From the IMG/VR virus record IMGVR_UViG_3300027509_000004: 50,983 nucleotides of DNA; one strand, 5' to 3'. This DNA is from a virus. Within the stretch, counting starts at the first letter, position 1. Each line of letters begins with the position of its first letter. The notes beneath the pieces are model-generated. The model made no database searches, was not told the origin of the DNA, and worked only from the letters and a program-made list of their open reading frames with translations. Below, piece after piece: positions 1 through 9,641 of this stretch. The translations under genes and the position numbers were made by a program.

Positions 1-127
1 ACCAGACACCAAGGCTCTAAAGAGGAACGCTTACAAGCTATCCTTGAACCAGCTTACCAGAATTTATCTGTATGGCACTATAAGGGAGGCAACTGTCAGA
101 CCTTAGAGGAGGAGCTAATACTTAAGT
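1..127. repeat. 127-bp sequence identical to the window end (50857-50983); circular-assembly overlap or terminal redundancy
   Basis: Read directly: bases 1-127 equal bases 50857-50983 with no mismatch. The repeat lies inside the terL reading frame. Confidence 0.95.
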
Positions 128-279
128 TTCCCCCTCATGATGACGTTAAGGATGCGTTAGCAACAGCTATCGAACATGCTCAACCTCCCTCACAGCACAG
201 TGCTTTAGGCTGGGATAGTTCCTCTAGTAAAGTATTTTCACTAAAAGCCCACCCTCGCTTCGGCGGAATGGCAGGATAA
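1..279 (+). CDS. terL: terminase large subunit, C-terminal part (continues the ORF left open at the window end)
   Basis: Frame 1 is open from base 1 to TAA at 277-279. It continues in phase with the ORF that runs off the window at 50983 (..HKPTRHQGSKEERLQAILEPAYQNLSVWHYKGG..). Confidence 0.85.
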   Translation, partial: TRHQGSKEERLQAILEPAYQNLSVWHYKGGNCQTLEEELILKFPPHDDVKDALATAIEHAQPPSQHSALGWDSSSSKVFSLKAHPRFGGMAG

Positions 280-287
280 GGACATAT

Positions 288-2108
288 ATGCCTACACCAA
301 CATCGACAGGTAAGCTAGAGTTTAAGGACGTTATCGGCGGCCCAGAAGCTATTGCTGCTCAAATCTCAGACCAGTTCCTCGAATGGCAGTCGGCTAGGGT
401 CAAGTGGTTACAAGACCGCAGAGAGATTCTCGAATACATTTTTGCCACAGACACACAAGGGACTGCCGCAGGGCAACTTCCTTGGAAGAACTCTACGCAC
501 ATTCCCAAGATTTGTCAGATAAGAGATAACCTACACGCTAACTACATGGCGGCTCTCTTTCCTAATGACCGTCCCTATAAATGGGAAGGTAGTGATGATG
601 GTTCAGAGACTCTCACTAAGAGAAAGTCTATTGAGTCATACATGCACAACAAACTAAGACTAGGAGACTGGAAGAACACTGTCTCTAAGCTGGTCTTAGA
701 CTATATTGACTATGGCAACTGTTTTGGTTCTGTCGAGTCCGTGTACGAGACTAAGAAGAACGAAGAAACAGGAGAGATGGAAGCAGGGTATATTGGCCCC
801 AAGGTTGTCCGTATTCCTCCTGCCGATATTCTCTTTAATCCTGCTGCTGTTTCTTTCAAGGACAGTGGTAAGATTATCCGCTCTATTAACACTCTAGGCT
901 CACTAAAAGCTCTGATGGAAACCCGCCCAGAGTTGGGATACCTTGAGGAAGTCTTTAAAAAGATTGAGTCTGGTCGTATTAATATGAGAGCCCACCAAGA
1001 GTCAGATTTTGTTAAGAACACCTCCTTTCAGATGGCAGGGTTCACAGATTTCTATAGGTATTTCACTTCCAACACAGTAGAGATAATCGACTACTACGGG
1101 GATGTCTACAACCCAGAGACCCAAGAGATTCAAACAAATCGGGTAATCACTGTTGTCGATAGGACCTATGTTATCCGTAACGAAGCCCTCCCTACTATGC
1201 ACACCTTTGCTCCTATCCACCACGCAGGATGGAGGCTGAGACCTGATAACTTAATGGCTATGGGACCTCTTGATAATCTTATTGGGATGCAGTACCGTAT
1301 TGACCATTTGGAGAACGTCAAGGCAGATGCCTATGATTTGATTGTCCACCCTGTCATGAAAGTGAAAGGGTTTGTGGAGCCCTTCAACTACGGGCCGGGA
1401 GAACGTGTACACGTAGGAGATGATGGTGAGGTTGAATTTATGAGGCCTGATGTTACTATGTTAAGCGCAGACACTCAGATTGCTATGTATGAGAACAAGA
1501 TGGAAGAGATGGCAGGGGCTCCTAAACAAGCTATGGGCTTCCGAACCCCCGGAGAGAAAACAAAGTACGAAGTACAGGTCTTAGAGAACGGGGCGAACAA
1601 GGTCTTCATTAATAAGACGGCCCACTTTGAGTCCACTTTCTTGGAGCCTCTCCTCAATGATATGCTTATCTCTGCACGGGAAAACCTAGAAATGGCAGAC
1701 ACCATCCGGGTTATAGACGACGACTCAGGTGTTATCGAGTTCATGGAAATCACTCCAGAGGACTTGAAAGCTTCTGGCAAGCTCTACCCTATTGGTTCTC
1801 GTCACTTCCAGAGAGACGCTAACACTCTACAGTCTTTAACCCAACTGAGTCAAGCTCCTCTCATGGCTGACCCTTCTGTTAAGAACCACTTCTCTGGCTT
1901 TAAGCTGGCTAAACTCGTGGAGCAACTAATGGGTGTCGAAAGATACGATTTGGTCGAGAAGAACATTGGAATTGTCGAAGCCTTGGAGTCTGAACAGCAG
2001 ATGCAAGCCGCTAAACAGATTATCGGAGAGCAGCAAGCAGGTAAGGCAGAAGCCGCCGCAGGTGGGCCTCCTCCACAGCAACAACAGCCTCAAGGGCCGC
2101 CACAATAA
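288..2108 (+). CDS. portal protein
   Basis: 606-aa ORF immediately after terL and before scaffold and capsid. Size and position are typical of podovirus portals. P/Q-rich C-terminal tail. Confidence 0.7.
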   Translation: MPTPTSTGKLEFKDVIGGPEAIAAQISDQFLEWQSARVKWLQDRREILEYIFATDTQGTAAGQLPWKNSTHIPKICQIRDNLHANYMAALFPNDRPYKWEGSDDGSETLTKRKSIESYMHNKLRLGDWKNTVSKLVLDYIDYGNCFGSVESVYETKKNEETGEMEAGYIGPKVVRIPPADILFNPAAVSFKDSGKIIRSINTLGSLKALMETRPELGYLEEVFKKIESGRINMRAHQESDFVKNTSFQMAGFTDFYRYFTSNTVEIIDYYGDVYNPETQEIQTNRVITVVDRTYVIRNEALPTMHTFAPIHHAGWRLRPDNLMAMGPLDNLIGMQYRIDHLENVKADAYDLIVHPVMKVKGFVEPFNYGPGERVHVGDDGEVEFMRPDVTMLSADTQIAMYENKMEEMAGAPKQAMGFRTPGEKTKYEVQVLENGANKVFINKTAHFESTFLEPLLNDMLISARENLEMADTIRVIDDDSGVIEFMEITPEDLKASGKLYPIGSRHFQRDANTLQSLTQLSQAPLMADPSVKNHFSGFKLAKLVEQLMGVERYDLVEKNIGIVEALESEQQMQAAKQIIGEQQAGKAEAAAGGPPPQQQQPQGPPQ

Positions 2109-2425
2109 TGAAGTATATAGAGATATGGACACGAGGATTATCTCCCGAAGAGAGGGAGGAAGTCGAACAAACTTTAAAAAATTCTCAGAAAACACTTGAC
2201 ATTGTACGAAATATGGTGTATAATGTATATGTAGACTCACTTTCCATTAAGGAATCTGAGTTCGACTCACCGGGCTGGCCCTATAAAGCCGCTCAATCCC
2301 AAGGACAGAAGATAGCCTACGAAAAGCTTTTGAAGCTCTTGGATATTTCTGGGGAAGACCGTTCCCTACTCAAAACAAAAAAGAAGGCATTGACCGATGA
2401 CCGACAACTTCGCACCCGAAAATAA
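2108..2425 (+). CDS. hypothetical protein (105 aa)
   Basis: ATG overlaps the portal stop (TAATG). Sits in the structural operon. No recognisable motif. Confidence 0.5.
   Translation: MKYIEIWTRGLSPEEREEVEQTLKNSQKTLDIVRNMVYNVYVDSLSIKESEFDSPGWPYKAAQSQGQKIAYEKLLKLLDISGEDRSLLKTKKKALTDDRQLRTRK
2196..2224 (+). promoter_or_regulatory. consensus sigma70-type promoter P1 (TTGACA-17 nt-TATAAT) upstream of scaffold and capsid
   Basis: TTGACA at 2196-2201, a 17-nt spacer, TATAAT at 2219-2224. The spacer shares GAAATATG with the promoter at 41145. Confidence 0.6.
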
Positions 2426-3149
2426 CGAAACACCTACCATTGAAAACTTCAAGGAGGTCTTAGTTGGCCCCGGAAAGAAGTACGAGACTGAAGAAGACGC
2501 CCTAAAAGGCCTTTATCATTCTCAACAACACATTCAGAAACTAGAGACAGAAGCCGCCGAGCGTAAAGCTAAGATGGAAGAGTCTAAAGTTCTCGAAGAT
2601 GTGCTTGCAGCTATTGATGCGAGAAACAAAGAACAACCAGCCATTACACCACCCGTCCAAGGATTAACGCCTCAAGGGACTATACCAGTCCCACAGGAAC
2701 CTGAACCGGAAGTTAACATGGAGGAAGCTGTTCTTAAAGTTATTGAACAACAACGTGAACAAGAGAGCTACGAACGTAACTATAATAGTGCGTTAGAAAC
2801 TCTCGATAATCGTTTTGGCTCAAGACGTGCTGTTAACGAAGCAGTGGAGAAACGCGCTAAAGAACTTGGCGTTGGAATCAACTTCTTCAAAGAGACTGCA
2901 CGTAAAACCCCCAAAGCTTTTCTAGAGCTGATGGGAACTTCCTCTAAACAAACATCGGCGGGGGTCACTCCGACACCTCTTAATACTACAGCCGTTGTTC
3001 AGAAAAATCTTTCAGAGATTGCCCAACCGGGAACCTACCGATACTACCAGAAGCTTCGAAAAGAAGACCCACGGCAGTACAAGGCTCAATATCAGACAAT
3101 GATGAAGATGCTTGACGCGGACCCCGACGCCTTCTATGAGAGAACCTAA
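2397..3149 (+). CDS. scaffolding protein (probable)
   Basis: 250-aa, highly charged, E/K/Q-rich, helix-prone protein located between portal and major capsid. Confidence 0.55.
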   Translation: MTDNFAPENNETPTIENFKEVLVGPGKKYETEEDALKGLYHSQQHIQKLETEAAERKAKMEESKVLEDVLAAIDARNKEQPAITPPVQGLTPQGTIPVPQEPEPEVNMEEAVLKVIEQQREQESYERNYNSALETLDNRFGSRRAVNEAVEKRAKELGVGINFFKETARKTPKAFLELMGTSSKQTSAGVTPTPLNTTAVVQKNLSEIAQPGTYRYYQKLRKEDPRQYKAQYQTMMKMLDADPDAFYERT

Positions 3150-3176
3150 CTTCTTTTAAAGAAAGGTTCATGTAAA

Positions 3177-4178
3177 ATGAGCAACACTACACGAAATCAT
3201 CAGGCCCTTATCAAGGCAGAGTTCTGGTCAAACGAACTTGCTGAACGGGTTATGGATGAAACAATGATTCAAAACTATGTCGAGTGGGTGGATTTCCCTC
3301 ACGGCGATAAGTTTATCCGTCCCGTTATAGGCGACCTTGATGTTAACTCATACAAGGAAGACGAAGCGGTCAAATATATGCCAATGGATTCAGGCCAGTT
3401 CGAATTCGAGATTACAGAGTACGTTCAGTCGGGCTCCTATATCACGAATAAGGCTCGTCAAGACCTAGCATATGCAGCTCAACTTGAGTCTTCTATCGTT
3501 CCTAAGGCGAACCGTGCTATTCAGTTCGACCTAGAAGCTTTCCTCATGAAGCAGGGTCAACCTGTTGCTGGCGGCAAGCCTCACTCCCAACTAGCTGATG
3601 ACGCTAACCTGATTAACGGTTATGCCCATCGCTTTGTAGGTGGTGGAGAACGCAACTCGAAACGAGTCCTAGACGTAACAGACTTTGCGAAAGCCAACTT
3701 GGCCTTCAATAAGATTAACGTCCCCGGCTCCAATCGTATTGCTTTGGTAGATGCAGCACAAGCTTACATTCTTGAGACGGAAACAAACCTCGTAAACTTC
3801 AGTGACAACCCTCAATGGGAAGGCATTGTTACCACAGGTCTAACCACTGGTAAACGCTTTATCCGAAACATCTTCGGCTTTGACGTATATACCACTGAGT
3901 TCCTCCCTTATTCTGGCGTAAACTCTGATGGCTCTGCTGAGACTATCGACGGAGTGACAGCAGGTGAAGGCTCTATCGCCAACCTGTTCTTCAGCGCAGA
4001 ACAAGATATGTCTCCTTTCATTGCTTCTTGGCGTCAAGCCCCGAAGGTTGACGGTGAGTATAACAAGGACTATCAGCGTGAAGAGTATGTTGTTACTGCT
4101 CGTTACGGTGCTGCCCCTCAAAACCGTGAAAACCTTATCACAGTCTTGACTGATGATTTGGCTAACACTGCTCTGTAA
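3177..4178 (+). CDS. major capsid protein
   Basis: 333-aa ORF after the scaffold gene, preceded by AAAGG..ATG. Size and position match T7-type gp10. Confidence 0.65.
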   Translation: MSNTTRNHQALIKAEFWSNELAERVMDETMIQNYVEWVDFPHGDKFIRPVIGDLDVNSYKEDEAVKYMPMDSGQFEFEITEYVQSGSYITNKARQDLAYAAQLESSIVPKANRAIQFDLEAFLMKQGQPVAGGKPHSQLADDANLINGYAHRFVGGGERNSKRVLDVTDFAKANLAFNKINVPGSNRIALVDAAQAYILETETNLVNFSDNPQWEGIVTTGLTTGKRFIRNIFGFDVYTTEFLPYSGVNSDGSAETIDGVTAGEGSIANLFFSAEQDMSPFIASWRQAPKVDGEYNKDYQREEYVVTARYGAAPQNRENLITVLTDDLANTAL

Positions 4179-4205
4179 TAGAGCGGATTAGAAAGGAATA
4201 ATAGC

Positions 4206-4736
4206 ATGTCTATTGGAACTTATGTAACACCTGAAAACATCGAGCGGAAGCTCGGCAAGTATTGGGTAAAACGTGACCGTGACCAGTCTCGTGGTAAAAT
4301 CAACTCCATCTCTGGCTCTGAATACGCTGAGATTGAACTTGACCTCGCTACGTTGACCCCCGGCGGTCCTAACTATAACCTTGACCGTGATAACGACGGA
4401 ACTAACGACGGATATTCTGCCAACGGCATTTACATCCCCGCTAATTCTTCTATTATCTCAGTCACAGCATTTGTGCGTGAAGCCGCTGTTGGTGGTACTT
4501 CCATCGACGTAGGCCTCTTCGAATTCGACGGCACTGACGTTGATGCAGATGGCCTTATGGCTGGTGTCGCAATCGCAGACATCGACGCTGTAGGTAAACG
4601 TGTTGTAGGTGATGGTGTTAAAACTGTCCCCGCAACTAGCTCTGTAGGTGAGGCCCCTGTTACAGTGGGCGTTACAGGTACAGGCACATTTACTGCTGGT
4701 GTAGTACAGATTATGGTTGAGTACGAACTTAACTAA
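4206..4736 (+). CDS. hypothetical virion-associated protein (176 aa, G/T/V/D-rich)
   Basis: SD GAAAGGA lies upstream. Directly follows the capsid gene. Could be a decoration or minor capsid protein; no motif recognised. Confidence 0.45.
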   Translation: MSIGTYVTPENIERKLGKYWVKRDRDQSRGKINSISGSEYAEIELDLATLTPGGPNYNLDRDNDGTNDGYSANGIYIPANSSIISVTAFVREAAVGGTSIDVGLFEFDGTDVDADGLMAGVAIADIDAVGKRVVGDGVKTVPATSSVGEAPVTVGVTGTGTFTAGVVQIMVEYELN

Positions 4737-4753
4737 ATCTAACAATTGATTGT

Positions 4754-4796
4754 GGGCCGCATGTACCTCTGGTTTTGAAGACCATGTGTGCGGCCC
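4754..4796 (+). terminator. GC-rich hairpin followed by a T/C-rich tract after the capsid block (candidate partial terminator)
   Basis: GGGCCGCA (4754-4761) pairs with TGCGGCCC (4789-4796) and is followed by CTTTCTCTTCTCTT. The position is analogous to a post-capsid terminator. Confidence 0.4.
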
Positions 4797-4820
4797 CTTT
4801 CTCTTCTCTTGAGGACTCTT

Positions 4821-5666
4821 ATGTCAATAGATATAGATTTATCTAACCCCAATAACGGCTCGAACACTCTCTCCCTCGAAGAATTGATTAGAGCCAACAA
4901 CGCAAAGATTGTAGAAGCGTTCACAAAGGTTCTTTCTCGTCATGGGGGAGACCTTAATTATATGTGGGCTGACCTCGACATGAACGGTAAGAAGCTCCTT
5001 AACGTAGGAGACTCTCCTTTTGTCCGTATGTCGGATTTAAACAACATCGCTGCGGGCGAGTTCAGGGTTAATGACACAACAGGGGACTTAGAGTACAGAG
5101 GCCCCAACACAAACGACCCTTGGACTATTCAGTACACTAAAGAAGAGCTAAGAGGGGCCCCCGGTATCAATGGAACAGGAACAGGAGATATGTTATCTTC
5201 TAATAACCTTTCCGAGCTAACAGACAGCTCTGCCGCCAGAACAAACGTAGGACTGGAGATAGGCTTAGACGTACTCGCCTATTCTGCTGATTTAGACGGC
5301 TTTGACCCGTCCACTAAAGCAGACACAGGAGACTCTCGTTTTTCAGCCTATCCTGTAATAACCTACACAAGCAACTCCTCAGTAACAGACGTAGGAACTC
5401 TTTACCGATTTGAAGGGACTGCGGCAGGTACTTCCCTTACGGTAAATGCCGCCTCAGATGGAGAGGTTATAACTGTCCATAACCCCGCTGACTCCTCCGT
5501 CTCTATCGTCATTCTAGCTGGAACAGGTGTAAGCCTATTTCTTTCAGGAGCTACCGCATCTTCTTCGAGTCTCACTTTAGGCGCAGGAGGAACAGCCTCC
5601 ATAATTTGTTCTCACAGTTCTGGGACTTCTTTTATTGTTTCTGGCACCAACCTTTCCGAGACTTAA
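4821..5666 (+). CDS. tail-fibre-like / virion appendage protein
   Basis: Start moved to ATG 4821 (SD GAGGA 6 nt upstream). Contains SNNLSELTDSSAARTNVGLEIG, a motif recurrent in phage fibre proteins. S/T/G-rich C-terminus. Confidence 0.5.
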   Translation: MSIDIDLSNPNNGSNTLSLEELIRANNAKIVEAFTKVLSRHGGDLNYMWADLDMNGKKLLNVGDSPFVRMSDLNNIAAGEFRVNDTTGDLEYRGPNTNDPWTIQYTKEELRGAPGINGTGTGDMLSSNNLSELTDSSAARTNVGLEIGLDVLAYSADLDGFDPSTKADTGDSRFSAYPVITYTSNSSVTDVGTLYRFEGTAAGTSLTVNAASDGEVITVHNPADSSVSIVILAGTGVSLFLSGATASSSSLTLGAGGTASIICSHSSGTSFIVSGTNLSET

Positions 5667-5670
5667 TCCT

Positions 5671-6084
5671 ATGGTAGCCACAATCTTCTCTCCTGTGTTC
5701 CCCGTACAAGGTGTTATCGTAGGTCGCCTGTCTTCTGAAATATCTGTCGCTAACCCTCCTTTCCACATGTTTACTTCTACTGGTGGGGGAACAACAGAGT
5801 CAGTTAGTGTAGTTTTTTCAGGGGGGATAGCGCCTTACACTTCTGTGTGGAGCCTTACCCCCTATGACCAGTCTTCTCTAACTAACCACTCTTTCTCTAA
5901 CGCAGGTGCTACGTCCACTACTATAACTCTCTCCAACCTCTCGGAGAATGGGTCTGCCTACGCTGTATCCAACACTGTTACAGACGCCTTAGGCACAGAG
6001 TTTACTTCTGTCGTAGACCTTGCTGTTTACTATAGCTCCGGAAACTCTGGAGAATTCTCTATTGAAAAAGGAAGCCCTCCTTAA
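5671..6084 (+). CDS. hypothetical structural protein (137 aa)
   Basis: ATG 5671 lies just after the previous stop. S/T-rich and beta-prone. Confidence 0.4.
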   Translation: MVATIFSPVFPVQGVIVGRLSSEISVANPPFHMFTSTGGGTTESVSVVFSGGIAPYTSVWSLTPYDQSSLTNHSFSNAGATSTTITLSNLSENGSAYAVSNTVTDALGTEFTSVVDLAVYYSSGNSGEFSIEKGSPP

Positions 6085-6899
6085 TGTCTAATTCTACAAT
6101 AGGTAAAATGACTCTTCTTGAGATGACACAAGCTGTCTTAGAAAAGATGGAGTCAGATGAAGTCAACACAATCACAGAGACAGTTGAGTCTTTAGCTGTG
6201 GCAGGAGAGATAAGAGACACTTATCGTTCTATGGTGTCTAACAGCGAGGACTACTCTAAGGTGGGTTATCGACAATTAGAAGGCCTCTCCGACTCTCGTA
6301 GGTTTAATCAACTGAGAATACCTGACAACGTAGTGACAATCTTAGAGCTATGGCTAGACGACCCAATAGAGTGTTCTAAAAGGATTCAAGTCGAATATTT
6401 AGAGCCAGAAGATTTTGTTAACAGGGCCTTTAAGCGGGGCGATAAGAGACAAGCCTCAGTCCCTCCATATGGCCAAGAAGGTCCCTGCTTCCCTGTAGGT
6501 TGTGAGAGTGACCCCAAGTGTTACACCTCCTTCGACGGCAAGACAGTGTTTTTTGACTCTGTAGACACTAGGGCGGTTGACACTTTATGCGCTTCACGCT
6601 CTGCTATAAGAGCTTTAATCTTCCCAGAGTTTAAGATGGAAGACGGGTTTGTCCCTGATTTAAAAGTGTCAGACTTTCAATACCTGTTACAGGACTCCAT
6701 AGATGCTTCCTTTATCAACTTTAAAGGGGTGTCTAACTCAAAAGCTCAGAGACGTGCTAGAGAACAAAAAGTAAAGAGGCAGAATAAACGTGACACTATC
6801 GGACACCAAGCCAACACTTTCGGTTCCCCCCCATACGGAAGACACTCACGAGGTGGGTCTCTACAAAACCTTCAAGGGGGCGGAACTCAGAATTCGTAG
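6084..6899 (+). CDS. head-tail adaptor / tail tubular protein A-like
   Basis: The N-terminus (LEMTQAVLEKMESDEVNTITETVESLAVAGEIRDTYRSMVS) follows the pattern of T7 gp11-type adaptors. Lies just upstream of the nozzle-sized gene. Confidence 0.45.
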   Translation: MSNSTIGKMTLLEMTQAVLEKMESDEVNTITETVESLAVAGEIRDTYRSMVSNSEDYSKVGYRQLEGLSDSRRFNQLRIPDNVVTILELWLDDPIECSKRIQVEYLEPEDFVNRAFKRGDKRQASVPPYGQEGPCFPVGCESDPKCYTSFDGKTVFFDSVDTRAVDTLCASRSAIRALIFPEFKMEDGFVPDLKVSDFQYLLQDSIDASFINFKGVSNSKAQRRAREQKVKRQNKRDTIGHQANTFGSPPYGRHSRGGSLQNLQGGGTQNS

Positions 6900-7069
6900 G
6901 AGTTCTACTACTAGCCTTTACTATATACATCTAGCCGCAGGGGGTAAAAGGCCTCCAATGATTAGAGGGTCTTTTAAAACTTTTAAAGACGCCGAACGAA
7001 TTTTAATAAGATACCTGAAGAAGAACGAACGAGTTCTCTTTCCTTCCACTTACCCGGGAAATCCAAGAA

Positions 7070-9352
7070 TTGCCACGCTCAGTAGCCAATAAGAATTATC
7101 AGAACTTTGTTGCAGGTATGATTACAGAAGCTTCAGCTTTGACATACCCAGAGAACGCAACAACCATAGAAGATAACTGCGCCCTTCACCGAGAGGGGAA
7201 CAGGACTCGTCGTCTAGGGTTTGAGGCAGAACAGGATGTAAGGGATTCTCTCTACACCTTCAAGAAAGACAATAACTTGTACATCAACGATTTCTCTTGG
7301 GAAGCCGTAGATGAAACAGGACAAAAAGACTTCTATGTCATACGCATAGGAAACCTTTTATATTTTTATGACAGCAACGTAGACCCCATCGACCAAGGAC
7401 TTGTCTCTTTTTCTATTGACCTTCGTCCTTACAAGTCCTCTACTTCTTCTGTCTCCATAGAAACTTCTAATGTAGCTTTCTCCTCTGGAAGAGGGTTTCT
7501 GTTCGTAGTGGGTGAACAGATAGACCCTCTAATGATTGAATATAACCCTGACAACGGGGACTTAGCCGTACATAGGATTAATATTCGGATAAGAGACTTT
7601 GTAGGGTTAGATGATGGCCTTGACAATGACTTTGAGCCCACTGTCTTATCTACAGAACATCACTACAACTTAAGAAATCAAGGGTGGGTTGCCCCCAGCT
7701 CTAAGACGAGCAACACGACAGGAACAGCAGAGAACGGTGACGTTGCCTACATCACCTTAGGAAGTATCAGAGTGGGTGGCCCTTTCTTCACAAATACTCA
7801 AGGGATTAACTTCTCTTCTGACCCTATCACCAAGTACAAGAACCAAGTAGGCCTTTACCCTGCTAACAACAAGGCTTGGTGGGTAGGAAAACTAGAAACA
7901 GACAACCCCGATAAGGGACTTGTAGCGGGAGACTTCGACCCAGACATTCTTTGTGGGACTTATGTGGGCAACACTCTAGCGGCTAGAGGACACTATATCC
8001 TAGACGCCTTCAACAGAGATAGAAGTAATGCGAGCGGTGTCACAGGAATTGAGGCAGAAGTGAAGACTTCCAGACCTTCTTCTGTAGGCTTCTATGCAGG
8101 AAGAGTCTGGTACGGACACGAGTCTGATGTATATTATTCTCAGACTTTAAGAGACCATAGACAGGCGGGTAACTGCTACCAAGAAGCTGACCCAACCTCT
8201 GAAGACATTTCAGATTTAATCGCCACAGATGGTGGCCTTATTCCCATCCCCGAGGCTTTCAACATTAGGCGTATGCACCCTATTGGGGGCTCTATGTTAG
8301 TTTTCGCAGAGAACGGCGTGTGGGCTATCTCAGGGGGTGGAGGCAACGGCTTTTCCGCCACGGACATTTCTGTTTCTAAGGTCTCTTCTAATGGCATCTT
8401 AGGTCCAGAGACACTTGTAGAAGCGGGAGGGGTTATTTACTGGTGGGCTCCTTCAGGCATTATGAGCCTAGCCCAAAGGGCAGGTATGTTCGGGACACAA
8501 GAAGGTGTCTTCGATAGGGAGAACATCACAGAGACAACTATACAGTCTTTCTATAATAACAATATTCCTCACAGTACAAAGCTAAGAGCCAAGGGCTACT
8601 ACGACCCCTCTAGAAACCTTATACAGTGGTTGTTTAAATCTAATGGTTCTTTCACACCTCAAAAAGCCCTGTTCAACAGGATACTAAACTTTGATGCCAC
8701 GTTAAAAGCTTTCTACCCTTGGACTATCTCTGACATAACAGGGGACGGCATAACAGGGGCTCTCATTAGGCCTACTATAAAACAGATACAGACACAGGCC
8801 CTAGAAAACGTGCAAGGCACTGGTGTCATAAATAGCTACTTTCTTTATCACTACGCAACCCCTTTCTCGAATAGTTTAAAACTGTCCTTTGGAGATTTTA
8901 CCTCTTCAAGACACTTAGACTATGGGGAGACTTCTTATACAAGTTTCATGGAAACAGGTTTTGAGGTTTTAGAAGATTTAATGAGGAGCAAACAAAGTAA
9001 TTATGTTTTCTTATACTTCAGACGAACAGACACAGGGAAAGTCTCAGGAGCCTCTTTGGGGGACTTCTTCCCCGACAGCGTACTCTCAACTAAAGGACGA
9101 GGCATCCCTTCCTCTTGCTACTTCCAGACAAAATGGGACTGGTCAAGAAATGAAAACTCAGGCAGATGGTCCAGAAAAATCCAAGGCTACAGAAAAACTT
9201 CTCGGTTCGACGACTCTCACGTTGTCTCCACTAAACACAAAGCTAGAGGACACGGACGTGCTCTCCAAGTTAGGTTTGAGAGTTCCGAGCCTGATACGAC
9301 ATTTGACCTCCTCGGATGGGCTACTAACTATTCCGGAAACACGACAGTATAA
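7070..9352 (+). CDS. tail tubular protein B / nozzle-like
   Basis: 760 aa, with gp12-like size and position after the adaptor. The start codon (TTG) is uncertain. Confidence 0.5.
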   Translation: MPRSVANKNYQNFVAGMITEASALTYPENATTIEDNCALHREGNRTRRLGFEAEQDVRDSLYTFKKDNNLYINDFSWEAVDETGQKDFYVIRIGNLLYFYDSNVDPIDQGLVSFSIDLRPYKSSTSSVSIETSNVAFSSGRGFLFVVGEQIDPLMIEYNPDNGDLAVHRINIRIRDFVGLDDGLDNDFEPTVLSTEHHYNLRNQGWVAPSSKTSNTTGTAENGDVAYITLGSIRVGGPFFTNTQGINFSSDPITKYKNQVGLYPANNKAWWVGKLETDNPDKGLVAGDFDPDILCGTYVGNTLAARGHYILDAFNRDRSNASGVTGIEAEVKTSRPSSVGFYAGRVWYGHESDVYYSQTLRDHRQAGNCYQEADPTSEDISDLIATDGGLIPIPEAFNIRRMHPIGGSMLVFAENGVWAISGGGGNGFSATDISVSKVSSNGILGPETLVEAGGVIYWWAPSGIMSLAQRAGMFGTQEGVFDRENITETTIQSFYNNNIPHSTKLRAKGYYDPSRNLIQWLFKSNGSFTPQKALFNRILNFDATLKAFYPWTISDITGDGITGALIRPTIKQIQTQALENVQGTGVINSYFLYHYATPFSNSLKLSFGDFTSSRHLDYGETSYTSFMETGFEVLEDLMRSKQSNYVFLYFRRTDTGKVSGASLGDFFPDSVLSTKGRGIPSSCYFQTKWDWSRNENSGRWSRKIQGYRKTSRFDDSHVVSTKHKARGHGRALQVRFESSEPDTTFDLLGWATNYSGNTTV

Positions 9353-9353
9353 A

Positions 9354-9641
9354 ACAATATACCAAGACGACAGAGGCATCGTCTACTTAGAGGTTATCGA
9401 AGATGCCCTCTTCCTTCACTCTCTGCTTTTTGACCTCAAAGACTTAAGACAGTACAAAGCTTTTATACATCTATTGAGCATAGAGCTCTTAGAGAAAGGC
9501 CAACAGTTCTTATTCTGTTTTATCGAGACACCAGTTGAGAAAAGATTTGCTGAGTTCTTCGGTTTCACTGAGACCTCCTTCAAGACGAACCATAACGGAG
9601 GACAGACTATAATGATGAAAGATTTGAAACAAAATGGCTGA
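9354..9641 (+). CDS. probable small CDS with unresolved start
   Basis: The frame stays open through the nozzle stop, and the translation is protein-like (GIVYLEVIEDALFLHSLLFDLKDLRQYKAFIHLLSIELLEKGQQFLFCFIETPVEKRFAEFFGF). No ATG occurs between 9353 and 9610. Confidence 0.3.
   Translation, partial: TIYQDDRGIVYLEVIEDALFLHSLLFDLKDLRQYKAFIHLLSIELLEKGQQFLFCFIETPVEKRFAEFFGFTETSFKTNHNGGQTIMMKDLKQNG

Noticed and set aside
1-127. Treating the 127-bp repeat as a genuine direct terminal repeat of the virion DNA.
   Set aside because: It lies in the middle of the terL coding sequence, and its length matches a typical assembler k-mer overlap. I interpret it as circular closure; the physical termini remain unknown.
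710-2240. Antisense and alternative-frame ORFs inside the portal gene: minus-strand 710..1021, 1002..1223, 1475..1780 and 1926..2240, and plus-strand 706..897 and 1933..2199.
   Set aside because: They are fully embedded in a long, well-supported ORF, lack Shine-Dalgarno sequences, and have skewed low-complexity composition. The same reasoning applies to the many shadow ORFs inside the other long genes, for example 10307..11178, 16293..17042, 17793..19066, 22662..23901, 31955..32448, 33473..34620, 35525..36140 and 40391..41215.
6790-7092. A possible programmed frameshift joining the adaptor gene (6084..6899) to the overlapping +1 ORF across the G5 run at about 6876.
   Set aside because: There is no canonical slippery heptamer or downstream structure, and +1 events are rare. 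The 170-nt gap from 6900 to 7069 may simply hold a short ORF (ATG 6958) or be untranslated. I leave this unresolved rather than claim it.
9003-9352. N-terminal 116 codons of track ORF 9003..9641, and likewise the N-terminal extensions of 19516..20100, 20210..20740, 20906..21313, 4788..5666 and 5635..6084.
   Set aside because: These portions overlap the preceding genes out of frame and look non-protein-like. Internal starts with SD sequences give non-overlapping or minimally overlapping genes.
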